From Selaginella moellendorffii (Eukaryota > Plantae > Lycopodiophyta), in NCBI RefSeq assembly GCF_000143415.4, contig NW_003314344.1:58665-68814 (forward strand): a stretch of 10,150 nucleotides of DNA, read 5' to 3'. Positions 8,803-10,150 of this stretch are shown here, one piece after another. The notes beneath the pieces were generated by a model. It ran no database searches and was not told the origin of the DNA. It saw nothing but the letters and a program-made list of their open reading frames with translations. Position 1 is the stretch's first letter. The number at the start of each line of letters is the position of its first letter. The translations under genes and the position numbers were made by a program.

Positions 8803-9944
8803 GGACATTCCCTCAAAAAGTGTCCCGCTTCACTGCAGTTGTAGCATACGTTGTTTCCCACGCTGTTAAATGACTTGACCTTTTTATCCGTGGGTTTGTC
8901 TCTTTTTGCTTGACTCCCCCACATACTTGCTCACTGGCCACCGGATTTGCCCTTCCGGAACCCCGAGGACTCATTCTTAGAGAAACTCTTCTTGAATTTC
9001 CCTTTGCTATAAGTTCCCCTTGGTTTGGCCCCTTTGCTAAATGTGGATCCCAACCCCGTCGCGTTCCCCTTTCACAGGTTATCATTGAAATGCACCTTGA
9101 TAGCCGCATCCAACGCTTCCTTGTAGTTGGTCGGGTTCCAGTGCATCACCTCACCGCGAGCCCAGGTTTGCAAACCTGATATGAAGGCATGGAACGCATC
9201 CATATCCCCCATGTCCGTGACAAGTATCCTCTTTGCCATGAACCCATTCACATACTCCTGGATAGTTCCAGTCTACTTTAGCCTACTCAGCTTATCTCTT
9301 AGATGCAGAGTGGCATTCGGAGGAACATATGTTGCGCAGATCCTCGCTTTCATCATGTCTTAAGTGGCCACCGGTCCTTCGTTGGCCTCTGTCGTTCTCC
9401 ACCAAGACTTGGCATTATCTGCCAAGTATGGTTTTGCACATGGGACCTTCTCCGAGCTCGGTAACAACAACGCTTGGAAGTAGTCCTCCATATCGTAAAA
9501 TCAATCCTCCACCACTTTATAGTCGTTCACTCCCTTGAAGACCGGTGGGGGCTTTGGTTTGTACTTGGGCACTGCTTGTGGGACTAATTCCACTTCGGTC
9601 TATTCAACCTTGTCTGGTTTTGCCTCAATCCCTGCCAAAGGGTCTGGACCTTCTGTGCTGCCAACATCCGCAGTCTTTTGCCTTTTCTTCCGCTTCTTGT
9701 CACGCTTTAGCTTGCACACGAGAGTCTCCAGCAGGGCATTGGTCTGTGCCAATTGTCCTTCTAGAACATCCAATCGAGCCTTGGACGACCGAACCTCACC
9801 ACCGGACTCCTGTTTGGAAGTTTCCTCATTGGAGTCCTCCTCATGCAAGGATTCCTCATCCATAGCCTCTTGTTCGACCGGAGCCTCCAGCTCTGGAGGA
9901 GGTTCTGTCCCCGCCTTGGTTCGCTTCCGCCCTGCCTTTGCCAT
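8803..9944 (-). pseudogene. gag: gag region of gag-pol polyprotein with CCHC zinc knuckle
   Basis: ATG at 9944. Reading through stops gives PPVFKG..., AKSWWR, LRDKLSRLK*TGTIQEY and FISGL, then CYNCSEAGHFLREC at 8805-8846. Same frame as pol. Confidence 0.9.
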
Positions 9945-9977
9945 CTCCTAACAATCCGCCTCTATCCTTCGCTAAAA

Positions 9978-10044
9978 CTGAGGAAAAGGCTCCGATACCA
10001 AATTGTAAGCCATAAATTTTTTCCTTTCCAATTTAACAGCTTAC
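9978..10044 (-). other. Candidate leader intron (67 nt) spanning the LTR end and PBS
   Basis: GAG|GTAAGC donor in U5 and CCTTTTCCTCAG| acceptor about 33 nt before the gag ATG. Confidence 0.6.
9988..10000 (-). promoter_or_regulatory. Primer-binding site, tRNA-iMet type (TGGTATCGGAGCC)
   Basis: One mismatch to canonical TGGTATCAGAGC, 3 nt inside the LTR end. Confidence 0.92.
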
Positions 10045-10135
10045 CTCGTCTATTCGTCCAACACTGCCTTGGCTTTTGCTAAGTTCCCTCACCAAGGGTC
10101 CCGCCTATGGTACCGGTCCTACTTGATTTTAGCTA
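10004..10135 (-). repeat. 5' LTR (U5 end, partial)
   Basis: 132 bp align to 4411-4553 with 9 substitutions and one 11-bp indel. It lies 3 nt from the PBS. Similarity stops after 10135. Confidence 0.93.
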
Positions 10136-10150
10136 GTAGACTACGTGGAT

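Larger units (their letters stand above)
4411..10135 (-). mobile_element. Ty3/gypsy chromovirus-type LTR retrotransposon (Galadriel-like RT), degenerate, with intron-like inserts
   Basis: Matching LTR copies start TGTAAGCC at 4411 and 10004. PBS at 9988-10000, PPT at 5564-5575. Domain order is gag-PR-RT-RH-IN-chromodomain on the minus strand. RT motifs SKSPYGxPVLF and [27 protein letters not shown] resemble Galadriel-type and non-seed-plant chromoviruses (clade assignment by recollection, tentative). Confidence 0.96.

Noticed and set aside
6031-10082. Plus-strand ORFs overlapping gag-pol
   Set aside because: Antisense shadows of the retrotransposon frame with no recognisable motifs.

Overview
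Eukaryotic, repeat-rich DNA, probably from a non-seed land plant (inferred from the transposon families). It is a nest of transposon remnants with a 533-N assembly gap. The main feature is a minus-strand Ty3/gypsy chromovirus LTR retrotransposon at 4411 to at least 10135. It has a 5' LTR from 10004, a tRNA-iMet PBS, a single gag-PR-RT-RH-IN-chromodomain frame with 11 point-mutation stops, a PPT and a 1153-bp 3' LTR. It is inserted into a degenerate MULE-like transposase. To the left lie a probable LINE ORF2 remnant and the 5' end of a second LTR element. The notable observation is that this retrotransposon appears to carry short GT-AG spliceosomal-type introns. Two sit inside integrase (47 and 52 nt), and their removal exactly restores the HPQTDGQTE and RFAGPY motifs and the reading frame. 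A probable third follows the chromodomain. A candidate 67-nt leader intron would excise the PBS and the LTR terminus. Together these suggest that spliced RNA is translated while only unspliced RNA can be primed for reverse transcription, which would let introns persist in a retroelement. The 3' UTR is a dense hairpin array. Splicing is inferred from sequence only.
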